This document shows, piece after piece, positions 1 through 6,410 of a stretch of DNA of 64,000 nucleotides. The stretch lies in IMG/VR virus record IMGVR_UViG_3300030085_002155; one strand, 5' to 3'. The notes beneath the pieces are model-generated. The model made no database searches. It was not told the origin of the DNA and was given only the letters and a program-made list of their open reading frames with translations. The first letter of the stretch is position 1, and every line of letters begins with the position of its first letter. The stretch is from an uncultured virus (IMG/VR IMGVR_UViG_3300030085_002155) (taxonomy: Duplodnaviria > Heunggongvirae > Uroviricota > Caudoviricetes). The translations under genes and the position numbers were made by a program.

Positions 1-395
1 ATGACTCCATTCTTTCTGTTTATCATCATTGGGATGGTTATCCTGAGTGGTTGGGTCGGATTCTCAACACGCACTACAATACGAAGGAGAAAGTAGCAGA
101 ACTGATTGATGGTGGTGATATGTCAGTCTGCTGGACAAAAGACCGCTGGACTGGTAAGAAGGTTGCAAAATATGTAACTGAGAATGTTGAGGTTGAAGAA
201 TATGGTCCTCAATACTATTCTCAACGTGGTGAGGATTGTCCTCCTCGTCTTGATTCTAATCTGATTGAGTATTTGAATGACATGGAAGAATTTGCCTATG
301 TTTATACTCAGAATGAAGAATGGGTATGTTTCAAGGAACAATATGGCGATGCACCGACTAAGGTAGAAATCCCTACCGGAGCACTTGCCTGCTGA
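1..395 (+). CDS. Conserved cyanophage hypothetical protein, 5'-truncated by window edge
   Basis: Frame is open from base 3 (DSILSVYHHWDGYPEWLGRIL...); the YxHWDGYP motif is typical of a T4-like cyanophage early hypothetical family. Confidence 0.75.
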   Translation, partial: DSILSVYHHWDGYPEWLGRILNTHYNTKEKVAELIDGGDMSVCWTKDRWTGKKVAKYVTENVEVEEYGPQYYSQRGEDCPPRLDSNLIEYLNDMEEFAYVYTQNEEWVCFKEQYGDAPTKVEIPTGALAC

Positions 396-439
396 GGGCA
401 GACAATAAGTGGGAACTCTGACGCAGGTCCCCGCCCTCA

Positions 440-495
440 ACCACTTTGCGCGCTGTCCACTGATTGACCACAGCGCGCCTCTGATCCCTTATACT
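440..495 (+). promoter_or_regulatory. Palindromic box plus -10 (TATACT 490-495) promoter
   Basis: ACCACTT-N4-CGCTGTC-CAC at 440-460, then 29 nt, then TATACT; upstream of ORF 518. Confidence 0.6.
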
Positions 496-517
496 GAACT
501 CAGTTCAAACGAAACAA

Positions 518-775
518 ATGCGACTCCAATCCAACGGCGGTTCAATGGTCCTGGACTTCTATCCCGTCAAGCACAGCGACGGTACGATCTGGGAGAGTAA
601 GTTTCTGAAGGTATTGACGTTTGAAGGTTCTACACAATCGAAGCGAGTTGTAAGTAAGAAAGATATGATTGCTGATGTGAATGCACGATTGGGTGGTGGT
701 AATCATCTCCCTTATACTGTTGTTGATTTCAACCTGGAACCGCAACTTGTTGGTGGTTTGATGTGTGCTTGCTGA
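518..775 (+). CDS. Hypothetical protein (early region)
   Basis: 85-aa ORF, ATG after A/C-rich leader and promoter. Confidence 0.75.
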   Translation: MRLQSNGGSMVLDFYPVKHSDGTIWESKFLKVLTFEGSTQSKRVVSKKDMIADVNARLGGGNHLPYTVVDFNLEPQLVGGLMCAC

Positions 776-778
776 GAT

Positions 779-1042
779 ATGATTACAACTGCTACAGAGT
801 CTGATTTCCACGATTTTTGGCACAACGAAATGATCACACATCCAACTGACATCATCGACCGCGACAAACTTCAGGCGAACTACATCAATCGCGTCCTGGA
901 TGACATGGACATCAAGGATATGATGGCGATTCTTTATGATTACATGGACGTTGAATTTGATAAGTATACGATTGATGAATTGATCGAACAGGTTGACCAA
1001 GACTATCCTGAGATCATGGAGGACAGTGGATTCGATAACTAA
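779..1042 (+). CDS. Hypothetical acidic protein
   Basis: 87-aa ORF tightly packed after previous gene. Confidence 0.75.
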   Translation: MITTATESDFHDFWHNEMITHPTDIIDRDKLQANYINRVLDDMDIKDMMAILYDYMDVEFDKYTIDELIEQVDQDYPEIMEDSGFDN

Positions 1043-1190
1043 ATTAATTCTGGCGAAATACCAGATTGAAAACGTCATAGCACTGACTGAAGACAATGAG
1101 TATCGGCAACATTGCCATACGAAACTTTGGTCAGTATACTATGAATTGGACAGGCAACTAAAAAACCTTTGTAATGAATCTGCCCAATGA
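1026..1190 (+). CDS. Small hypothetical protein
   Basis: GTG start inside ORF 993..1190 (DSITKLILAKYQIENVIAL...YELDRQL); resembles a common cyanophage small protein and fills the gap between neighbours. Confidence 0.6.
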   Translation: MDSITKLILAKYQIENVIALTEDNEYRQHCHTKLWSVYYELDRQLKNLCNESAQ

Positions 1191-1464
1191 TTTCCCCCAT
1201 CAACCCCCAGAAAATTACTCCTACGAGGTCACGCAACACAAAAGGAATGTTGTTGCTATTTGGTTACGGGATTACCGTAAGTATGTTTACACTAGCGATG
1301 ATGTTAGGACTATTTGGGGATTCTATGACACCAAGAGGGGAGAATACTTCGCCCCCATCAATCACAAAAAACAAGGACAATCAGTAGACATTACTGATAC
1401 TCGTTCTTACACTGCTATGCAGTTAAATTTGAATCCATTGATGTCCGCTTTCAATTATGACTGA
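1174..1464 (+). CDS. Conserved cyanophage hypothetical protein
   Basis: 96-aa ORF with FPHxPP...IWL...IWGF...APIN...YTAMQLNLNPL pattern familiar from cyanomyoviruses. Confidence 0.8.
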   Translation: MNLPNDFPHQPPENYSYEVTQHKRNVVAIWLRDYRKYVYTSDDVRTIWGFYDTKRGEYFAPINHKKQGQSVDITDTRSYTAMQLNLNPLMSAFNYD

Positions 1465-1645
1465 AACTGCCAAAATGTCCATTGCCTTGATGGAAGAAAT
1501 GTATACGAGTCGAATGACTGAGTTGGTAGAACTTGAATCATTTGGTGATGCTCATTCACTATTTGAAGAGTTTGTTGTTGACTCTGAAGAACCGGATAAA
1601 TACATGATCGTGAAAATTAAATCGAAGAAAAACCATGAGAGTTGA
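1457..1645 (+). CDS. Hypothetical protein
   Basis: 62-aa ORF overlapping both neighbours, operon-like packing. Confidence 0.7.
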   Translation: MTETAKMSIALMEEMYTSRMTELVELESFGDAHSLFEEFVVDSEEPDKYMIVKIKSKKNHES

Positions 1646-1850
1646 AACATTTGAAGAATCGTTGAAGTTAGGAAAAGTTTGGGTATATCAAACTGACGAC
1701 CAACGTGGTTTTGTAATTGCACCTAATATCCGATTGGCAACGTATATTGCAAATGAATTGATTGCTGATGATTCACAGACGATTGGAGTATATACGAAAC
1801 CACTCACCCCCGAAACATATGCAGAATTTTGTAAAGTAGAAGAGGAATAA
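1635..1850 (+). CDS. Hypothetical protein
   Basis: 71-aa ORF, TAATG coupling to next gene. Confidence 0.7.
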   Translation: MRVETFEESLKLGKVWVYQTDDQRGFVIAPNIRLATYIANELIADDSQTIGVYTKPLTPETYAEFCKVEEE

Positions 1851-2431
1851 TGGATTATCATGTTCATAACTTTTCTATTCCAATCTTCCAGTTTAAGTTA
1901 GATAATTGGGAAGAGAAAAAAGAAAAGATAATGTCATTCTATCCGAGTGATTCCGAGTTGCGCTATACGGGCGAGGTCGCTACGGATTTTACTGCTAACC
2001 TGCCATCAGTCAAACGAAGGGGTGAGATAGTTGATATATTTGCCCCTGAGTTGACTGAAGTAATGCACACGATGGGTGCTGAAGGATGGCATGTAAAACA
2101 ACCATGGTTTGAAGTAGCAAAGAAGGGAGACTTTCATGGTCCACATACACATGGACCGATTGGTATGTCAGCGGTATGTTATGTTGAATTTAATAAATAT
2201 GAACATACACCGACTATCTTCGCTCCACCATTCACGGACATTTTTAATTCATTAACTCCAACATATGCCCCGGATGCAGACGAGGGAACTTTTGTAGTCT
2301 TTCCAGCATCTCTGTTACATTGGACTGAAAGAAATGCAAGTGAACAACGTAGAGTTGCCGTATCATTTAATGTTGATATGAGTGTGGGGGGAGTTGCAAA
2401 TACCGTACAAACTATCAACTTCAATGACTAA
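1850..2431 (+). CDS. 2OG-Fe(II) oxygenase family protein (TIGR02466-like)
   Basis: HxxHxH (FHGPHTH), SAVCYV, FPASLLH and RVAVSFN motifs. Confidence 0.8.
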   Translation: MDYHVHNFSIPIFQFKLDNWEEKKEKIMSFYPSDSELRYTGEVATDFTANLPSVKRRGEIVDIFAPELTEVMHTMGAEGWHVKQPWFEVAKKGDFHGPHTHGPIGMSAVCYVEFNKYEHTPTIFAPPFTDIFNSLTPTYAPDADEGTFVVFPASLLHWTERNASEQRRVAVSFNVDMSVGGVANTVQTINFND

Positions 2432-2648
2432 TCAACTCAGGTACAGATATGAGGATAAGAATGATTTAGACAGACAGATTGAACAATTTGGTAACAAGGT
2501 TGGATTCATTATTGCTGCTGAAATGACAGGTAAAGTATCCTCTGAGGAAGCATATCAAATGATCAAGTCCGAGATGAAAGGACTCAAAGAATATCGTAAA
2601 TTATTCAAACGAGATTCTGTGGAAAAACGTAAAGGCAAACGAGATTAG
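2424..2648 (+). CDS. Small hypothetical protein resembling a cyanobacterial conserved protein
   Basis: ATG at 2424; FGNKVGFIIAAEMTGKVSSEEAYQMIK resembles cyanobacterial FAQRVxYICxLETGGKxSxEEAY..IK proteins (from recall). Confidence 0.65.
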   Translation: MTNQLRYRYEDKNDLDRQIEQFGNKVGFIIAAEMTGKVSSEEAYQMIKSEMKGLKEYRKLFKRDSVEKRKGKRD

Positions 2649-2791
2649 CGTTTCGAGATTATGGGCGTGTTTTGTGTATATGTACCTATGAAATAAGGTA
2701 AAAATGCATTAAAATTGATTAATAAATGTATTTAAAAACATATATGCGTTAATTATAGTTTTCCACAAGGGTGTGGAAAATGTGTGGATAA
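2618..2791. other. Cluster of DnaA-type boxes flanking an AT-rich tract (candidate origin)
   Basis: TGTGGAAAA 2618-2626, TTTTCCACA 2759-2767, TGTGGAAAA 2772-2780, TGTGGATAA 2783-2791; very AT-rich 2690-2760. Confidence 0.55.
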
Positions 2792-2865
2792 AGTACCCAC
2801 AAAGTATCTCCGAAGCGTCTTTATAGGGTCTCGAAAGGTGCTCAGGTCTTGTGATCTTAGCGCGC

Positions 2866-2894
2866 ATTCTATCACTCTTTCGCATAAAAGTCAA
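2866..2894 (-). promoter_or_regulatory. Leftward sigma70 promoter with extended -10
   Basis: Minus strand TTGACT-17 nt-TAGAAT with TG at the extended -10 position. Confidence 0.7.
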
Positions 2895-2919
2895 GAGGAT
2901 CAGTCAGAAATCTGCACAC

Positions 2920-2948
2920 TTGACTTTGTGGACTTGAGACCCTATAAT
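2920..2948 (+). promoter_or_regulatory. Rightward sigma70 promoter
   Basis: TTGACT-17 nt-TATAAT upstream of ATG 2973. Confidence 0.8.
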
Positions 2949-2972
2949 TTAGAGGTCTGCAACACAAACGTC

Positions 2973-3140
2973 ATGGAACTTCTGACTCGTCAACGTTATC
3001 GAATCACGCTAGATCTTGATGTTCTGGGTGACTTCGATCCACGAAATCTTGACTGGTATGAGTTGCTCGATCTCAGCGGATCTGAGGAGGTTAGAGCAGC
3101 AGTAGAGGATTTTGATGCGGACGCTATCTACTACGTCTGA
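2973..3140 (+). CDS. Small hypothetical protein
   Basis: MELLTRQRYRITLDLDV...FDPRNLDWYELLDL; start placed at the ATG downstream of the promoter, not at 2784. Confidence 0.75.
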   Translation: MELLTRQRYRITLDLDVLGDFDPRNLDWYELLDLSGSEEVRAAVEDFDADAIYYV

Positions 3141-3268
3141 GACAGTTTGAGCAGCAAACTCAGCATGGGAGTAAGTTGCTCAAACTCTCAGTGGAGTTGA
3201 TGTAGCGGAGCGGGCCCGACTGCAGTCCATCATGGGGGCCGGCCATGGCCTCCTGGCAATAGGCCCGA

Positions 3269-3324
3269 ACCAGTTTGATAAGTGTCACAGAGTTGATTGA
3301 TTTGGAGGCAATTCCATGTAATAT
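3269..3324 (+). promoter_or_regulatory. Palindromic box plus -10 (TAATAT) promoter, probably leaderless transcript
   Basis: ACCAGTT-N4-AAGTGTC-ACA at 3269-3289, 29 nt, TAATAT 3319-3324, ATG at 3331. Confidence 0.65.
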
Positions 3325-3330
3325 ACATGT

Positions 3331-3513
3331 ATGGAAAAAAATCAACGACTCAATGCTTCAATCTACAGACAACTTTTCACTGATGCTGAATGGCAAATCA
3401 TTGATTATGCGCTAAGCGAATATCAGGATCATTTGGATGATGATGACAATGAGATTGAAATCTACGATTCAATTCAAGCAAAACTTAACGCCATCTTTTC
3501 TCTGACAAAATGA
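3331..3513 (+). CDS. Hypothetical protein
   Basis: 60-aa ORF (LFTDAEWQIIDYALSEYQDH). Confidence 0.75.
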   Translation: MEKNQRLNASIYRQLFTDAEWQIIDYALSEYQDHLDDDDNEIEIYDSIQAKLNAIFSLTK

Positions 3514-3683
3514 ACAATCCTTACGTTGAAAACCTTGTAGCAATGGGTTACGATCGTGCCGATTGTGAAACAGTTGCCGTTGCTGGAGTTGATAAGACTT
3601 TCCCATTGAACATTCATGGGCGAGTATATCAAACCAAAGAGGAGTATGATGAAGCACTCCACGATTTTCTCAACGGAATGTAG
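3510..3683 (+). CDS. Hypothetical protein (57 aa, not in ORF track)
   Basis: ATGA overlap with previous stop; MNNPYVENLVAMGYDRADCETVAVAG...EYDEALHDFLNGM. Confidence 0.7.
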   Translation: MNNPYVENLVAMGYDRADCETVAVAGVDKTFPLNIHGRVYQTKEEYDEALHDFLNGM

Positions 3684-3797
3684 TAGAGAAATCAAGGTGG
3701 ACGGTTCCCCAACTGGTTTTCCCGTTTTGTATCATGGCGAACTACGGGGATCCGCCAGAGGTGCAATACTATAAGAGTCAAACAAACGACAACACCC

Positions 3798-4148
3798 ATG
3801 CGTAAGATCGAACAGCAAATGTGTGCCGCAGTTCAGTCCAACAAAGACTGGCAGTCTGGTAACACAAGTGTTTCATTTGATCCTGAAACTGGCGTCTCCG
3901 TTGTACGTCTCCACGGTAACAAAATTGCTGAGGTTTCTGACAACGACATGACAATCTTCGACGGCGGTTGGCAAACCAACACCACAAAATCTCGTCTTAA
4001 TGCACTTTGCGATTATTTCTGCATCGCTGGTGAAGGTGTTTTCCAGAAAGATTTTCAGTGGTTTGTTCGTAAGTTTGTGAGCGAATCTTCCATCACTGGT
4101 AAGGTCTACAACGTTGAAGATTTCGCTAACGGTTACGTCTTTGCCTGA
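3798..4148 (+). CDS. Conserved phage hypothetical protein
   Basis: MRKIEQQM...LHGNKIA...DGGWQTNTTKSRLNAL, a widespread early phage family. Confidence 0.85.
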   Translation: MRKIEQQMCAAVQSNKDWQSGNTSVSFDPETGVSVVRLHGNKIAEVSDNDMTIFDGGWQTNTTKSRLNALCDYFCIAGEGVFQKDFQWFVRKFVSESSITGKVYNVEDFANGYVFA

Positions 4149-4173
4149 GGGGGTTGCTCCCCTCTATTTTTTT
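4147..4173 (+). terminator. Intrinsic terminator
   Basis: GAGGGG-loop-CCCCTC followed by TATTTTTTT. Confidence 0.8.
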
Positions 4174-4186
4174 GTCTCTTTTCACT

Positions 4187-4333
4187 ATGCACGAATCTAC
4201 GCTAGATCTGTTCTGTGAGGGTGATCCCTGGGCAGAATCTATTGAAGAACAAGCAGCAGCGCTTGAGGTTACTTGCGACTATTTTATAAGCGAATTCCTG
4301 GTCTACCCTAGGACAGTCGGCGAACTGGACTAG
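4187..4333 (+). CDS. Small hypothetical protein (48 aa, not in ORF track)
   Basis: MHESTLDLFCEG...IEEQAAALEVTCDYFISEF; AAxLEVTxDY..xEF motif common in cyanophage small proteins. Confidence 0.65.
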   Translation: MHESTLDLFCEGDPWAESIEEQAAALEVTCDYFISEFLVYPRTVGELD

Positions 4334-4367
4334 CATCGGTTGATTCGTCCCCGCCATCGTCTATTCT
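4312..4367 (+). promoter_or_regulatory. Palindromic box plus -10 (TATTCT) promoter
   Basis: GACAGTC-N4-AACTGGA-CTA at 4312-4332, 29 nt, TATTCT; downstream CTATAAGAGTCAAA is shared with the promoter of ORF 3798. Confidence 0.6.
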
Positions 4368-4391
4368 ATAAGAGTCAAAGGAACCCACCCC

Positions 4392-4595
4392 ATGATCGAC
4401 ATCGCCACCGCCTCCACCGCTGACCTGATCATCGCTGAGCAGCAAGGCGTCCGCATCGGTGCCAAGTCTCTCAAGTTGACCATCCTGCCCGCTGCCAAAC
4501 CCCGTCGCGAGCACCTGGTGATGACTCAGACCAAAGGACTCCGGACCAACACCAACCGCCAAGGTCAGACCACACCGCACGCCACCTGCCTCTGA
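4392..4595 (+). CDS. Hypothetical protein
   Basis: 67-aa ORF with C-rich codons between promoter and terminator. Confidence 0.75.
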   Translation: MIDIATASTADLIIAEQQGVRIGAKSLKLTILPAAKPRREHLVMTQTKGLRTNTNRQGQTTPHATCL

Positions 4596-4611
4596 GCAGG
4601 TGGTTTTTTTT
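4581..4611 (+). terminator. Intrinsic terminator
   Basis: GCCACCTGC-ctctga-GCAGGTGGT followed by a T run. Confidence 0.85.
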
Positions 4612-4816
4612 ATTAATAACAGATTCTGCAGAGGACCACAGAGAGCAGGGAACAGTGTCCGTTGTGTATCATGGCGTACGGCGGGGCGCGTGTTTAAAAA
4701 CCGCTAACTACCCTAACCTACAACGAACCCAAATCGCGAGAGTGATATTATGAATATAAAAAAATTTTTGCCGGCTCAAAAATCCTATATACCTTTGAGT
4801 AGTATCCTGTAGTACA

Positions 4817-4969
4817 ATGCAAATATATGAATTGGAGGTAATGGAAAATGAAGAGATGGGGTATTACCTACAGTTAGATGATGAGATTCTTGAAGATCTT
4901 GGTTGGGACACGGGGGATATGTTAGAATGGTCAATTGAGAGCGATGGTATTAAACTACGAAAGTTATGA
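4817..4969 (+). CDS. AbrB/MazE-like small protein (50 aa, not in ORF track)
   Basis: YYLQLDDEILEDLGWDTGDMLEWSIE matches the swapped-hairpin pattern LxLPxxILxxLGWxxGDxLEW. Confidence 0.6.
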   Translation: MQIYELEVMENEEMGYYLQLDDEILEDLGWDTGDMLEWSIESDGIKLRKL

Positions 4970-5133
4970 GCAACACTTACCAGATCACCGCCCGAGGGCA
5001 GGTATTATTGGGAGGATTAACAGAAGAGGAAGCCCGCAGTTCTATGAAAACAATCGAAGGATTAATTTTCTGCGGCATCAAAACCGATTATTCATTAGAT
5101 GAGTTTAAACTACAGAAAGAATCAGATGACTAA
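4966..5133 (+). CDS. Hypothetical protein (55 aa, not in ORF track)
   Basis: ATGA-coupled ORF MSNTYQITARGQVLLGGLTEEEARSSM... Confidence 0.6.
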   Translation: MSNTYQITARGQVLLGGLTEEEARSSMKTIEGLIFCGIKTDYSLDEFKLQKESDD

Positions 5134-5296
5134 TTCACTTGTTTTCCATGTATACGATAAGAGAACATCTGAGGTCGTATACCATAGTTTGAGTGTTGAT
5201 GAATTAGAAGAAGGCATTATCAATCATTCAATTGAATTTCGTGAACATGAGATTGTGCCACTAGATCTATCAAAAGATCATGATTCATCTTATTGA
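5126..5296 (+). CDS. Hypothetical protein
   Basis: MTNSLVFHVYDK...HSLSVDELE...DSSY; start at the ATG overlapping the previous gene. Confidence 0.7.
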   Translation: MTNSLVFHVYDKRTSEVVYHSLSVDELEEGIINHSIEFREHEIVPLDLSKDHDSSY

Positions 5297-5321
5297 CGAA
5301 CACTATATAATACGTTAGAAT
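5293..5321 (+). promoter_or_regulatory. sigma70 promoter
   Basis: TTGACG-17 nt-TAGAAT upstream of ORF 5346. Confidence 0.7.
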
Positions 5322-5345
5322 TGAACTTGAAGAGTTACCTTACTT

Positions 5346-6116
5346 ATGGCTAAAGGATTTACAGTTAAAGCCAAGTCACCAACCAAGAAGAAAGAAGAAG
5401 GTTGGGACTATCAGGCAATCAAAGATCGTATGCGAGGGAAGAGTATTATTTTCTGTCTTCCTGGTCGCGGATGTTCATATATTTTTCTGAAGAACTTTGT
5501 ACAACTGTGCTTTGACATGGTTCAGAATGGAATGAGTATTCAGATTAGTCAGGACTACTCTTCTATGGTTAACTTTGCACGTTGCAAAGTATTAGGCGCA
5601 AATGTTCTTCGTGGTCCCAAACAGATTCCTTGGGATGGTAAGTTGGAATATGATTACCAACTCTGGATTGATAGTGATATTATCTTTAATCCCAATAAGT
5701 TCTGGGAACTTTGTGATCTTGCAAATCCTGCAGATGGCGAAGAGAAAGAGATCACATGTGGTTGGTATGCTACCGAAGATGGACATACTACTTCAGTTGC
5801 ACACTGGCTTGAGGAGGATGACTTCCGTAAGAACGGTGGTGTCATGAATCATGAAACTGTCGAAACCATGGACAAACGTAAGAAACCTTTTACAGTTGAT
5901 TACACTGGTTTTGGTTGGACACTGATTAAGAAAGGTGTCTTTGAGAATCTGGAATACCCCTGGTTTGCTCCTAAGATGCAAGTCTTTGAATCTGGTAAAG
6001 TACAAGACATGTGTGGCGAAGATGTCTCATTCTGTCTTGACGCAAAAGAAGAAGGATTTGAGATTTGGTGTGACCCTCGCATTCGTGTCGGACATGAAAA
6101 AACTCGTATCATCTGA
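5346..6116 (+). CDS. GT-A fold glycosyltransferase-like protein conserved in cyanophages
   Basis: WIDSD (DxD), TGFGWTLIK, GEDVSFC and VGHEK motifs. Confidence 0.75.
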   Translation: MAKGFTVKAKSPTKKKEEGWDYQAIKDRMRGKSIIFCLPGRGCSYIFLKNFVQLCFDMVQNGMSIQISQDYSSMVNFARCKVLGANVLRGPKQIPWDGKLEYDYQLWIDSDIIFNPNKFWELCDLANPADGEEKEITCGWYATEDGHTTSVAHWLEEDDFRKNGGVMNHETVETMDKRKKPFTVDYTGFGWTLIKKGVFENLEYPWFAPKMQVFESGKVQDMCGEDVSFCLDAKEEGFEIWCDPRIRVGHEKTRII

Positions 6117-6267
6117 TCAACCCCTCTACAAAGTCTGTGTGAGTGGCAATTCTGTCTTCACTACAGACGATCTATTAGAGGCCACTGAATTTATTGACCG
6201 TCTCTCTCAACAGTTTTATGAGAACGGTCAACCCGATCCATCCACTATTACATTAGAAGAATACTGA
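6094..6267 (+). CDS. Small hypothetical protein
   Basis: C-terminal part of ORF 5935..6267 from ATG 6094; ...LSQQFYENGQPDPSTI. Confidence 0.55.
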   Translation: MKKLVSSDQPLYKVCVSGNSVFTTDDLLEATEFIDRLSQQFYENGQPDPSTITLEEY

Positions 6268-6410
6268 TGAAAGTAAAAGCAAGTCTCATGGGTAAAGGCG
6301 GCGTCGAAGCTCGACCGAAAAAAACTCGACAAGGCACCGGCAAACACTCTAAATATTCTGCCACCAGTCGTAACTCGGCTCGGAAACGTTATAGAGGTCA
6401 AGGTAGGTAA
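6267..6410 (+). CDS. Small basic protein (47 aa, not in ORF track)
   Basis: PKKTRQG...SRNSARKRYRGQGR; coupled on both sides (TGATG, TAATG). Confidence 0.75.
   Translation: MKVKASLMGKGGVEARPKKTRQGTGKHSKYSATSRNSARKRYRGQGR

Noticed and set aside
2709..2894. 61-aa minus-strand ORF over the origin-like region
   Set aside because: Its TTG start is the -35 hexamer of the leftward promoter, so it lies outside the predicted transcript
2784..2972. N-terminal extension of ORF 2784..3140
   Set aside because: Runs through a DnaA-type box and both promoters; ATG 2973 is the plausible start
4705..4720. Telomere-like CCCTAACC
   Set aside because: Single copy, not a tandem array; treated only as part of the A/C-rich tract
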